The translations under genes were made by a program, and so were the position numbers. The notes below the pieces were generated by a model, which searched no databases, had not been told where the DNA came from, and was given only the letters and a program-made list of their open reading frames with translations. From contig CBDBKE010000002.1 in the NCBI GenBank assembly GCA_965206645.1, positions 224,001-288,000 of the forward strand: a stretch of DNA of 64,000 nt, in the 5' to 3' direction. Each line of letters starts with the position of its first letter. The first letter of the stretch is position 1. This DNA comes from Terriglobia bacterium. Its GTDB lineage: Bacteria; Acidobacteriota; Terriglobia; JAJPHL01; JAPKYU01. Shown here piece by piece: positions 27,344 to 38,851 of the stretch.

Positions 27344-28120
27344 CTAGTGGCGGAATCTGTCCACCACTCGGTCAAAAAAAGTTTTCCGGCGGGAGAGGGT
27401 CGGTGGCTCGGGAGAAATCGGTTCGCTTTCCAGCGCGGCCCGCGGATACTGGTTGAAGATTAGCTCAGCCAGGTCGTGCCCGAACTGCCCCGCAACCTCG
27501 TTGTAGGCGGCCCTAAGCAGGGGCGGGCGGTGAGTCGTGTTGTGCGCGTCGCTGGCGACGAAGTGGATCATGCGGCTTTCCAGCAGCCACCGACAGAAGT
27601 GAACTGCCGACTTTCCGAAACGTCCCAGAAGGGATCCGGCAGTCACCTGGACCAGTGCCCCAGCTTGTACCCAATCGAACAGTTGCCTCCCGGCGGACAT
27701 CAGCCAAGGATTGCGCTCCGGGTGAGTCACGATGGGGATCATCCCCCGCGAGCGAAACTGAAAGAAGGTCTGGTCCATGTGCGGCGGGATGGCGAAATCG
27801 GCGAATTCCACCAGCAGGTAATGCCCGTGGTTGATGGTGAAGCGGCGCGGGGCGGCCAGCGCGCTTTGGAGGTTCTCGTAGGAAAGGTGGAAATCACAGC
27901 CCGGGTACAGGTGTGGCACGCCACCGGATTGCGTGGTGACCTCCCGGATTTTTCGCTCGACTAGGTCAGGATCGAACGGGTAGCGGTCGTTGGCGTGCGC
28001 CGTACAGACGATCGCTTCAATGCCGTCATCGGCGGCCATCCGACACATCTCAAGCGAGGTCTCCAGGTTTTTGGCTCCGTCGTCCAAAGCCGGCAGGATG
28101 TGGCAGTGGATGTCCACCAT
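27344..28120 (-). CDS. CpsB/CapC family PHP tyrosine-protein phosphatase
   Basis: DIHCHILP..DDG, THPERN and ASDAH motifs. Confidence 0.93.
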   Translation of the reverse strand: MVDIHCHILPALDDGAKNLETSLEMCRMAADDGIEAIVCTAHANDRYPFDPDLVERKIREVTTQSGGVPHLYPGCDFHLSYENLQSALAAPRRFTINHGHYLLVEFADFAIPPHMDQTFFQFRSRGMIPIVTHPERNPWLMSAGRQLFDWVQAGALVQVTAGSLLGRFGKSAVHFCRWLLESRMIHFVASDAHNTTHRPPLLRAAYNEVAGQFGHDLAELIFNQYPRAALESEPISPEPPTLSRRKTFFDRVVDRFRH

Positions 28121-28220
28121 AGGCAGGACTATAGCCTTCATGAGACATAAAACGCTAGAAGGGCGGATGTCGCAAGCGGAAGGCAGAAGCGCGCCCTTGA
28201 ACTGCGAACCTGGGACTAAT

Positions 28221-29159
28221 TCACGATGAGCGGGCCAGGAACTCCAGAACCTGAGGGCGGGAAGGAATCGAGCTCTGCGCGCCATAGCGGGTGACGGAAA
28301 GAGCAGCAGCAGCATTGGCATACTCGATGGCCGGTTCCATAGGCCGGCCCTCGGCCAGAGCGGCAGCCAAGGCGCCGTTAAAAGTGTCGCCGGCGGTAGT
28401 GGAATCCACCGCCGTCACCGGCCAGGCGTGGAAGTGGGCGCGCAGTGGTGGGCAGGCGCAGTAGGCGCCGCGCTTGCCCAGCTTCAAGATGACGCCGCGC
28501 GCTCCAAGGCGCAGCAACCGCTCCGCCAGCGGCCCGGGTTCCTCCAGATCCAACGCGGAGGCCGGACGGCTCACGAGCGCCAGAGCCTCGGTTTCGTTGG
28601 GAGTCAGCAGGTCCACCCGCGCCAGCAGTTCTCCAGGAAGCCTGCGCGCCGGTGCAGGATCCAGCAGAGTGGTGGCCCCATGCCGTTTGGCCATCTCCAG
28701 CGCGGCGTCCACGGTTTCCATCGGCGACTCCAGTTGCAGCAGCACCAGGTGAGCTTCTGCGAATCGTTCCTCGAGAGTCGCCAGATCCGAAGGCCGCAGC
28801 AGCCCGTTGGCCCCCGGCGCCACCACAATCTGGTTCAGCCCGCCCTTCTCGACGACGATCAGGGCCACTCCGGTCGGCTCACCTTCGGTCGGCGAAACGA
28901 ATTGCGTGTCCACACCGGCCGCCGATAGCGAGGCCAACAGCCGCTGGCCAAAGACATCGTTGCCGACGCGGCGGGCCATGGCGACCGGCACTCCAGACGC
29001 TGCCAGCCGCGCCGCGGCACAAGCCTGGTTGGCGCCCTTGCCGCCTGGAACCATCTGGAATGAGCGGCCCGGCACCGTGGCGCCAGGCGCTGGCAGTTGC
29101 TCGACCGACACCACGAAATCCATGTTCAGGCTGCCCACGACCAGGACACCGTTCTTCAC
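28221..29159 (-). CDS. rbsK: Ribokinase
   Basis: VGSLNMD, PGGKGANQA, DPAPA, PNETE and DSTTAGDTFNG motifs. Confidence 0.9.
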   Translation of the reverse strand: MKNGVLVVGSLNMDFVVSVEQLPAPGATVPGRSFQMVPGGKGANQACAAARLAASGVPVAMARRVGNDVFGQRLLASLSAAGVDTQFVSPTEGEPTGVALIVVEKGGLNQIVVAPGANGLLRPSDLATLEERFAEAHLVLLQLESPMETVDAALEMAKRHGATTLLDPAPARRLPGELLARVDLLTPNETEALALVSRPASALDLEEPGPLAERLLRLGARGVILKLGKRGAYCACPPLRAHFHAWPVTAVDSTTAGDTFNGALAAALAEGRPMEPAIEYANAAAALSVTRYGAQSSIPSRPQVLEFLARSS

Positions 29160-29320
29160 CAGCGGCTCGCCTTCCGAATGCGCTTCTTGGCAGACTGCAC
29201 TCTTTGGATTATCACACCACGTGTGTCAGCGGAACGAAGCTGCACCCCACAGTCTATAATTGACGGCAGACCAGCGAGACGATATGACTTGCCAGACCGG
29301 CTTTCTATAGGGAGGAAGGT

Positions 29321-29581
29321 ATGGCGTTTGAGGACACATGGGCCGATATCGAGCGGTATGCTGGCGAGGTCTTTTACCGGCTGGGCGGCCAGTCATTTAC
29401 CTACGAGGTTTACCCCGACCACCTGAAGCTCTCGAATGCAGACCAGCTTCTGCTGAAGAGCGCCCTGGAACGGGCCTGTGCCTCTGGCCGTCCCGCCACA
29501 GTAACTCAACTCAAGCAATTGGGCTTGCCCAGCCCGTCGCAGGTCTTTGCAATTCTAACAGACCCGCGGATTCGAGTCTGA
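29321..29581 (+). CDS. Hypothetical protein, 86 aa
   Basis: GGAGG RBS and coherent ORF; function unknown. Confidence 0.7.
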   Translation: MAFEDTWADIERYAGEVFYRLGGQSFTYEVYPDHLKLSNADQLLLKSALERACASGRPATVTQLKQLGLPSPSQVFAILTDPRIRV

Positions 29582-29678
29582 CGGCTGGTTGCGCACTCGT
29601 GGCATGTACCTCAACCCTTCCTTACGCCGGCTCCGAGGACTCCAACCGGCTACGCATGGGTTCTCCCTTGGAGAGAAC

Positions 29679-30386
29679 ATGAGAAGGGCGAAGACGTATG
29701 ATCCGAGGCTATATGACAGTCGGTATTATGAACGGGTTGCTGCCTGGTCGCAGTCAGACAAATATCATTTCGAATTGCAGGAATTGCTCGACCACTTGGA
29801 ACTAAAAGAGAAAGACACCGTGCTCGACGTTGGTTGTGGCACCGGGCAAGCGATGCGCTATATCAATGCCAGGTATCAATGCAAGAGTTTTGGTCTGGGC
29901 AAGAGTTTTCGTCTGGGCAAGGTTCTCGGGCTGGATTTCCCCCCGGGCTGGGTTGCGCCAACGGATCTAAAGGGATTTGCGCGCGCAGATGCAATCGGCC
30001 TGCCTTTCGCCGATGCGACATTTAGCAAGATCTTGTTACTCCATGTAATTGGGCATGTGCCGCATCCTGTGACAGTGTTAAAAGAAATCCACCGTGCTCT
30101 TGTTCCAAAGGGAAAATGTGGCATCATTACGCCCAACCGATTGCCTGTCGCCTGGTATAAGCTCCTGAACAAGCTGGGAATTCCGGCTCATCGCCCGGAC
30201 CCTACGGTGCTTCGATTATTTTCCTGCCGGAATCTTGTGAAGCTTTTGCATATGTCCGGGTTCAGCAAGTATTTTGTACGTTTCCATGGCAGTTTTCCAC
30301 CGCCAGTTCATAAATTACAACCAAGCTTGTTCGGGAGATTAGAGTGTCTGCGTGAACGCATCATTTGCGTTGCGGAAAAAGATTGA
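29679..30386 (+). CDS. Class I SAM-dependent methyltransferase
   Basis: VLDVGCGTG and ADAIGLPFADATF motifs; GGAGAG RBS; visibly lower GC than flanks. Confidence 0.85.
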   Translation: MRRAKTYDPRLYDSRYYERVAAWSQSDKYHFELQELLDHLELKEKDTVLDVGCGTGQAMRYINARYQCKSFGLGKSFRLGKVLGLDFPPGWVAPTDLKGFARADAIGLPFADATFSKILLLHVIGHVPHPVTVLKEIHRALVPKGKCGIITPNRLPVAWYKLLNKLGIPAHRPDPTVLRLFSCRNLVKLLHMSGFSKYFVRFHGSFPPPVHKLQPSLFGRLECLRERIICVAEKD

Positions 30387-30483
30387 GCAATGCTAACGAC
30401 CCTCTGAGCAGCCAGCCCAAGGGTTTCGACAGTGGCCAACTGGCCCCCGGACATTCAATTCCACCAAACGGGTAGAAGACGAC

Positions 30484-31755
30484 ATGCGCAAGAACTTTCT
30501 TCCTTTCTCTCCCCCGTTGATCTCCGACGAGGAGATCCAAGAGGTAGTAGACACCCTGCGTTCTGAGTGGATCACCACCGGGCCGAAGGTCGCCCGGTTT
30601 GAGGAAGAGTTTGCTCGTTTCGTCGGGGCGCCCGGCGCCTTGGCACTCAGCTCAGGCACGGCCGCCCTGCACGTCGCTCTATTAACGCTGGGCATTGGCC
30701 AGCGGGATCCGGTGATCACGACTCCTTTGACGTTCTGCTCAACCGTCCACGCAATTGAGCACCTTGGTGCGCGCCCCATTCTTGTGGACGTGGAACCTGA
30801 CACTTTAAATTTGGATCCGGTTTGGGTGGCCAAAGCTCTCCGCGAGCGCCGCTTGGGGAGCCGGGCGCACGTCCGAAGCCGAGCAGCCAGGCGGCGAAAG
30901 GGAGTCGCCCGAGGGGCAATCGGTGGTGCGGGGGCCATTCTTCCCGTTCACCTTTACGGGCATCCATGCAACCTGGACGCTCTCGCTCAAATTGCCCGGG
31001 AGTCCAACTTCACTCTGGTTGAAGATGCGGCCCATGCACTGCCAGCACGATACAAACAAAGGAGCGTCGGCTCCTTGAGTCCGCTGCTTCCTCACTTCAA
31101 TGCCATTTGTTTTTCATTTTACGCCACCAAGAACCTGACTACGGCGGAAGGCGGAATGCTCACCGGGCCACCCGAGCTGCTTGACGAAGCGCGTCTCTGG
31201 AGCCAACACGGAATCAGCCGTGATGCTTACGGCCGCTCCGCGCAGTCAACAGCGAGCGGCAGCTCCTGGAAGTACCAGGTCACCCGGGCCGGCTTCAAAT
31301 ACAACATGGCTGATATACAGGCGGCGATCGGGCTGCAGCAGTTGAAGAAACTTCCCGCTTCCCATGCCCGGCGGCGGCACATTGCGAGCCGTTACACCAC
31401 GGCTTTCTCCGGCTTCGAGGAGCTGCAAACGCCCGCCGAACGGGCCGAGATTGACCATGCCTGGCATCTTTACGTACTTCGTTTAAATATGAAAAACCTG
31501 AGAATTTCGCGTGACCAGTTTATTGAGGAGCTGAAGGCCCGGAAGATCGCCAGCAGTGTCCACTTCATCCCCGTCCATTTGCATCCCTATTACCGGAAGA
31601 AATATGGATACAGGGTAAATGACTTCCCGATCGCGTATCGCGAATATCAGCGCATGGTCTCGCTACCGTTGCATTTGCGGATGACAGACGACGATGTGGA
31701 AGACGTCATCCAAGCTGTGACAGACGTGGTCAGGCGCTACCGCCGTCGGGTTTGA
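30484..31755 (+). CDS. DegT/DnrJ/EryC1/StrS family sugar aminotransferase
   Basis: SSGTAALH, PVHLYG, EDAAHA and FSFYATKNLTTAEGG motifs. Confidence 0.95.
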   Translation: MRKNFLPFSPPLISDEEIQEVVDTLRSEWITTGPKVARFEEEFARFVGAPGALALSSGTAALHVALLTLGIGQRDPVITTPLTFCSTVHAIEHLGARPILVDVEPDTLNLDPVWVAKALRERRLGSRAHVRSRAARRRKGVARGAIGGAGAILPVHLYGHPCNLDALAQIARESNFTLVEDAAHALPARYKQRSVGSLSPLLPHFNAICFSFYATKNLTTAEGGMLTGPPELLDEARLWSQHGISRDAYGRSAQSTASGSSWKYQVTRAGFKYNMADIQAAIGLQQLKKLPASHARRRHIASRYTTAFSGFEELQTPAERAEIDHAWHLYVLRLNMKNLRISRDQFIEELKARKIASSVHFIPVHLHPYYRKKYGYRVNDFPIAYREYQRMVSLPLHLRMTDDDVEDVIQAVTDVVRRYRRRV

Positions 31756-31840
31756 ATGGACTACTGCCCTCGTGTTCGAATGGATAGGATACCGGGATTG
31801 GAAACTTGACTCCGGTTCTGTGTGTGTGGGGCCTCTGCCC

Positions 31841-32860
31841 TTAGGCCAGGGCGGTGGCGGACTCAGCGCCGTAGGCAGAAAACCAGGCGGTGGCACCCTT
31901 TAGGGCGGCATTCACCGACTGGATATTTTTCACGCCCTCGTCGGAAAGCCAGTCCTCCAAAGCCTTCAAACCCTTCTTGGCGTATATTGGCACGCCATCT
32001 TTCCAGGTGGCACGACCGCAAAGCACACCGTTGTAGCGCACGCCGGATTCCGCCGCCATCTCCAGGCTTTCGGTGAACTGGGGATTGCTGACGCCCGCGC
32101 TCAGGTAAATGAACGGTTTGTTGGTCACCGAAGCAGAGTGGCGGTAGTGCTCCAGACCCTCCTTGCGCGTGCAGACCGCTGGTCCCTTGAAGGACCTGGT
32201 GCCCTCGACGTACTGAAGGTTCACCGGGATTTCCACCTTCAGCACGTCCACGCCGTACTGGGGCTTGGAGAACTCCTCCATGCTGCGAGTCACCGCTTCC
32301 GGCTTTTGCTTGGCGTACTCCGGGCCATTGACGTCCCCGCCCGCCGGGTCATAGCCGATGAACTCCAGGAAGTGGGGGATATCGTGTTGGCCACATTCGG
32401 CGCCGATGCGCTCGACCAACGCCTTCTTTTCATCGTTGACGGCGTCGGAATCAGACGGTGCGTAGTGGATCAGCACCTTGACGCAGTCGGCTCCGGCCTG
32501 CTTCAGGCGATGCACCGACCAGGTGTTCAGCAACTCGGGGATGCGGCCGGGCCGGGCGAGGTCGTAGCCCGTCTTTTCGTAGGCCAGCAGCAAGCCGCTG
32601 TTCTTGGCGCGCCGGCGGGCGGCCTCCAGACCGAGCTCCGGGTCCAGCAGGATCGCGCTGGCGTGAGGAGTCAGGATGCGAGTGACCGCGGTTTTGAATT
32701 CGCCCATCATCTCCGCGGTCACCTGAGCCTCAGGCACGCCTTTCTCTTTCGCTAGCGACTTGTGGAGTGACCCGCGCTGATCCATGGCGGCGGCGGCGAT
32801 CACCCCGCCCTGATCCGATACGGCTTGCATTCCGCGTAATTTCCCGCCCGTAAGTTTCAT
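31841..32860 (-). CDS. lacD: Tagatose-1,6-bisphosphate aldolase (LacD family)
   Basis: AMDQRGSL, LLLAYEKTGYD, DVLKVE, YLSAGVS and CGRATW motifs. Confidence 0.92.
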   Translation of the reverse strand: MKLTGGKLRGMQAVSDQGGVIAAAAMDQRGSLHKSLAKEKGVPEAQVTAEMMGEFKTAVTRILTPHASAILLDPELGLEAARRRAKNSGLLLAYEKTGYDLARPGRIPELLNTWSVHRLKQAGADCVKVLIHYAPSDSDAVNDEKKALVERIGAECGQHDIPHFLEFIGYDPAGGDVNGPEYAKQKPEAVTRSMEEFSKPQYGVDVLKVEIPVNLQYVEGTRSFKGPAVCTRKEGLEHYRHSASVTNKPFIYLSAGVSNPQFTESLEMAAESGVRYNGVLCGRATWKDGVPIYAKKGLKALEDWLSDEGVKNIQSVNAALKGATAWFSAYGAESATALA

Positions 32861-33017
32861 AACAGCCTCCGTCTTCCCTGCGAGATATGGGCGGTTATTT
32901 TAGCACGGGCCCCAAGCGAGGGCTCACAAACTCGGCACCATCTGGCGAGGCGGTCGCCACCGTCGGCAGCAGGGCCGGGACGGCTCAGAGGCGGTTGTTC
33001 CGGGGCCTACGACACCC

Positions 33018-33048
33018 AAAAACAAAACAGCCCGCCGAAGCGGGCTGT
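33018..33048 (-). terminator. Intrinsic terminator downstream of 16S rRNA
   Basis: ACAGCCCGC-TTCG-GCGGGCTGT followed by a T-rich tail (TTTGTTTTT). Confidence 0.85.
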
Positions 33049-33228
33049 CTTGCGTTCTCGAAATCCGGAATGCGGCCCCGCAAGGCGAGGCCTGACCAAC
33101 CAGCGATGATTCTGAGCAGAGAAGCCGAACGAACCTCCTGCCTACCGTTCAACAGGAGGGCTCCGAACCCCGGAGCCGGGTAACGCGGAACGTTTCGGCC
33201 CAAAGGCCGAATCCGCGCACGTTCTCTC

Positions 33229-34750
<1,522 letters not shown>

Positions 34751-34960
34751 CTTGTTGTCCCGCGCTATCGCGGGACGAACTTGTAAGAACGAGACATTTC
34801 GTCCGGCTGAACTCAAAATCTCTTACTGGTCTAGCATTCCGAATTGTCAAAGAACTGAGCAGCTCCAGCCGTCGCTGCGACTGGAACCCGTCCCGGGAAT
34901 CGGGACTTTAGGCAGGGGATACTCCCCCTACTTGCCCCCAAACACCCGGGGCTAGTGTTC

Positions 34961-34989
34961 TTTATACACCCGTAGCGGGTGCTTGTCAA
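34961..34989 (-). promoter_or_regulatory. rRNA promoter
   Basis: TTGACA-N17-TATAAA; boxA-like GTTCTTTGACAA at about 34844-34855. Confidence 0.75.
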
Positions 34990-35081
34990 CCTCCATGGGG
35001 ACGCGATCGAGGACGACCGCATAGTCCCTAGTTTGGCATAGTCCCTAGCTTAACCAGGCAGCCTACACACAGCACCACCAA

Positions 35082-35237
35082 CCGGTGCGCTTGGCCGGTG
35101 CGCTTGGCCGGTGCGCTTGGCCGGTGCGCTTGGCCGGTGCGCTTGGCCGATGCGCTTGGCCGATGCGCTTGGCCGATGCGCTTGGCCGATGCGCTTGGCC
35201 GATGCGCTTGGCCGATGCGCTTGGCCGATGCGCTTGG
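35082..35237. repeat. 13-bp tandem repeat, 12 copies
   Basis: 5 x CCGGTGCGCTTGG followed by 7 x CCGATGCGCTTGG, with no spacers. Confidence 0.97.
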
Positions 35238-35302
35238 GACGATGTGAAACACTCCCGGCTTGGGTTGCTCAGACTGTTCTCTTTTATCTTCTCGCCCTCG
35301 CG

Positions 35303-35950
35303 TCAGGGCGCTTGGACAGGGATGGGCACGCTCACCTCGGCCAGTTCCCGCTCCAGCGGTAGCTGGGTAGCGAAACTGTTCTCCGTGGCGAAGCGCTCGC
35401 CAAACAGGGAAACGATGCCGCCGGGAGACAGTGGGCGTTGCGGGGTGAAGCCAACTCCTTCCACCACTCCGTCGGCGAACACCGCCGGCAAACTCACCGC
35501 GCCCGGCGCGGCCGCCGTCGAAACCGTAAAGGACCGCTGCACCTGGGCAAAGGTGGGATGCAGCGCGGCAAAGGTGATCGTCACCTGGGCCGCCTCGCTC
35601 ACCGGCACCCAGGTGCCGCTGTGGAAACCGTCGCCCAGCGACCGCAGCGAGATATTCAACCCTTCGATGCTGGCCAGCACGGTGGCATCGCTAAGGACTG
35701 TGCCGCAGGTGTCTACCGTCAGCGCCACCAGCACCCTGGGGAAAGATACCGGCAGGCTCAGACCGTTGCCGATGGTGGTAGCCAACAGCTGTAGCCCCGA
35801 TGGAACGCACTGGGCAGCGCCGGGCAGACCCGCCTGCGTCTGCAGCGCACTCCCTGGCGGCGTCACGATCAGCAACACGCCTACCTCCTGCGGCCCGCCT
35901 ACGGAGAAGGTGCCGGTGATGGTGCCTCGGTAGACCCCGGCCGCCAGCCT
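35303..35950 (-). pseudogene. Internal fragment paralogous to the C-terminal part of the 38852-41578 surface protein
   Basis: Near-identical stretch (GTITGTFS...LSLPVSFPRVL...FATQLPLERELA), truncated at both ends. Confidence 0.85.
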
Positions 35951-36004
35951 TGCCTGGGTCACCGAGAACCGCTTGCTCAGAGACTTGGACCGAAGCGAAG
36001 CGAG

Positions 36005-38307
36005 CTACTGCACGGCGACGGTGACGATGTTGCTCGAGACGCCGTTGATGATGATCTCGACCTCATGGATGCCGGATGGGACGCCCGCTGGCACCTGCAC
36101 ATTCACCTGGTAGAGCCCCGCAAATCCTGGGGCCAGGCCGGAGAAGCTCACCTGGGCAGGTAGGCCGGCAATGTTGACCATCGGCAAGCTAATGGTTCGC
36201 GCCAGTGGCTCCGTGCCGGGGCCAACCTGGCCGGAGGCGACCGCAGGCTGCACCGGACCCAGCCCCGTGCAAAAGATCAGCAGGAACTCGCCCGGCCGTG
36301 CCGGGTCGCTCTCGCTGACCGGCCAGAAATCTTCCGCGTGAAGGATGGCCCCGGGACCGGTGCCCTCCTCGTTCATCGCAAAAATCCCCGGCGAGGCGGC
36401 GGCGATCCCGATCGGCTGCGCCTCGCTGGTTTCGCTGCCCCGCCTCATCTGCACCATCACCGGCCCCGTCCCGATCATCAGCTCAAACGGGACCTGCGCA
36501 TTGATCTGCGTGGGCGACACGAAAAACAGCGGCGCCGCAATATCATCGAAGGTCACGCTGGTATCGCCCAGCGTCGTGGGAAGCGACGCCGACTGGATAT
36601 CGCTCGCCAAGTCCGTGCCGAAGATGGCCACGATCCCGCCCGGAGCGATGGCTCCATTGGGGTCGGTCCCCGCCCGGAAGCTGCCTCCATTGACCACGGA
36701 GTTGGGCGGTAGGCCGGGAGCACCTGCCGGTGCGGTTCCCGCCTGGGTCACCGTCAGGATCTGCGCGCTGCTAATGGTCAGCGTCCCCAGGCGCGAACCG
36801 GGGTCGGGATTGGCCGCCACCTCGTACTCCACCCGGCTAGTGCCGCCGCCGCTACTGCCCGAGGTGATGGTGATCCAGCTCACGTCGCTCTTGGCGTTCC
36901 AGCCACAGCGCGTCGAGACGAGCACGCTTCCGGTTCCCCCACTGGCCGGGAACGATGCACTGGTCGGGGAAATGGCATAGGTGCAAACCGATGGCGGTGG
37001 TGGCGGTGGTGGCGGTGGTGGTTCGCCGATTTTGGCGATAAAGGCGTCGCCGCTTCCCGCGTTTGCGGCCTGGAAGGGACTGGCCGTGGGGAAGTCGGCC
37101 GATTTCGTAAACCCTATCACGCAGGCGTTGCCGGAGGCGTCTACGGCGATACCCGTGCCTTGGTCGAAGACGATGAACCCGCTGCCCCCGAGGTAGGTGG
37201 AGTAAACCAGGGCGCTACCGGCGGCATCCAATTTGGTCACAAAGGCGGTCAAGATCAGGCCGCCAAAAGTGCCCTGGAAGGGACTGGCCGTGGGGAAGTC
37301 GGTCGAAGCGGTAAACCCCGTCACGTAGGCATTGCGGAGGCGTCTACGGCGATGCCGTGGCCGCCGCCGCCGCCGCCGCCCCCGAGGTAGGTGGAGTACA
37401 CCAGCACCGGATCAATGATGAGGGGCTGGCTGGCATCATACGCGGCCACCTGGAAGCCCACCTGGCGCTCGGCGTTGAGCACGTAGGCCCCCGCGATTTC
37501 CCGCCGCACGCCGTCAACTTCCTGATAGACCAGAGGCTTATGCTGGCGGACCTCTCCGCCAGGGGTATCAAGAACGAGGTCGCCCTGGGCATCAATGCGA
37601 AGCCCCTTGACGCCCTCAAAGCTGAGCGCGATGGCGGCAGGATCGGCCCCCGGCCCGACCACCAGGTCATACTCCAGTTGGCGCTGGTTACCGTAGTAAA
37701 CCAGGGCCACACCCGGATAAACGTCCTGGTACTGCACCTTGGCGTAGGTTGGAACATTCGTCCGCCACTTGTCGGGATCGTTTCCGATGAAGTAGTTGCT
37801 CTTGCCCGGCAGCTCCTCCAGCCCGGAAACCCGTGGCGCTGGATTGGCACCAACCAACTTCATCCGCACCACAGACGATTGCTGATTGCGGATTTCCGAT
37901 TGCGGATTTAGACCGTTCGCCACCTTCGCCACTACTGGCGCCACTGCTGGGGGCGCAGAGGACACAGAGAGAAGGTTGGAAGTCTTCCCCTGCGCTCCCT
38001 GCGCGCTCTGCGGGGAGCTCAGGGACAGCACAGCTTCGGTAGGGGTCAAGAACAGCGTATAGCCGCTGCCGCGCGTCAGGAAGTCCACCCGGCTGTCGGT
38101 CTGGCCCTGATTGGCTTCAAAGCTCAGCGGCAGCTTGCCGTAGTTCTCCAGAACCTGCGGCTTGTCGGCCGCCGGGGTTTTCGTTGCGGAGGATGACGTA
38201 GGAGCAAGAAGTGGGCCTGGATCGAACTTGATCAGGCCGATGGCCAGCAGCCCCAGGGCTAGAAATGCCATTCCCGCTCCTACACAACGAATCATGGATG
38301 TGCGCAT
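36005..38307 (-). pseudogene. Exported SBBP-repeat/BACON/Solibacter-type C-terminal domain protein, split by a 1-bp frameshift near 37335
   Basis: LPLSFEANQGQ, LIIDPVLVYSTYLGG and GIAVDAS. TCC GCA ATG lacks one G relative to the next repeat (TCC GGC AAC); restoring it gives ASGNAYVTG. C-terminal GLAPGFAGLYQVNV. Confidence 0.82.
37877..38015. repeat. Heptamer array plus palindromic element inside a coding sequence
   Basis: Five GATT(G/T)NN heptamers at 37877-37911; imperfect inverted arms GCGCAGAGGACACAGAG and CCCTGCGCTCCCTGCGCGCTCTGCGG within 37941-38015. Confidence 0.65.
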
Positions 38308-38851
38308 GATTGTCTCCCTCCGAAAGCGAACGACCGCCAGGATGTGAACTGTCAGCTACGAACTATTTCTTCGAGCAGCGACCGCTTCGGGCATCGACGC
38401 CGAAGACCGAAGCGCTTAAGCCCCCTCGCAAGCCAAATATGGGATCCCCTAGCCCCTAGAGGCAATCCGGTTGCCGTTCTCGATTGTTGAAAAAAAAAGT
38501 GCTTAGACGCACTCTTGCGGCTTATAAGAGGAATCGCCTGTTTCATTTCGGGAAAAACAAGGCGCAGAAGACGATTCTTTCCGCCTACCGCGGAGCCGCG
38601 GCCCCTGTGAGTGGGGATTAGGGGATTAACGGAAGCTACGCGCTTCAACGGTCCGAGTCAATAGAGTTGACGCAAATGAGATTTCTCCGTCTCACTCGCT
38701 TGACCGGGGCGACAGTCGACAGTAGCAAAGTCCTAGCCTGACCAGGCAGCCTACACACAGCACTACCAACCGATGCGCTTGGCCGATTTTGAAACACCGG
38801 CGGCCTGGGTCGCCGAGAACCGCTTGCTTACGCGCGCAACTCGGTAACTGC

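Noticed and set aside
35082-35237. Possible CRISPR array
   Set aside because: The 13-bp units are directly adjacent with no unique spacers, and there are no cas genes in the window; it is a VNTR.
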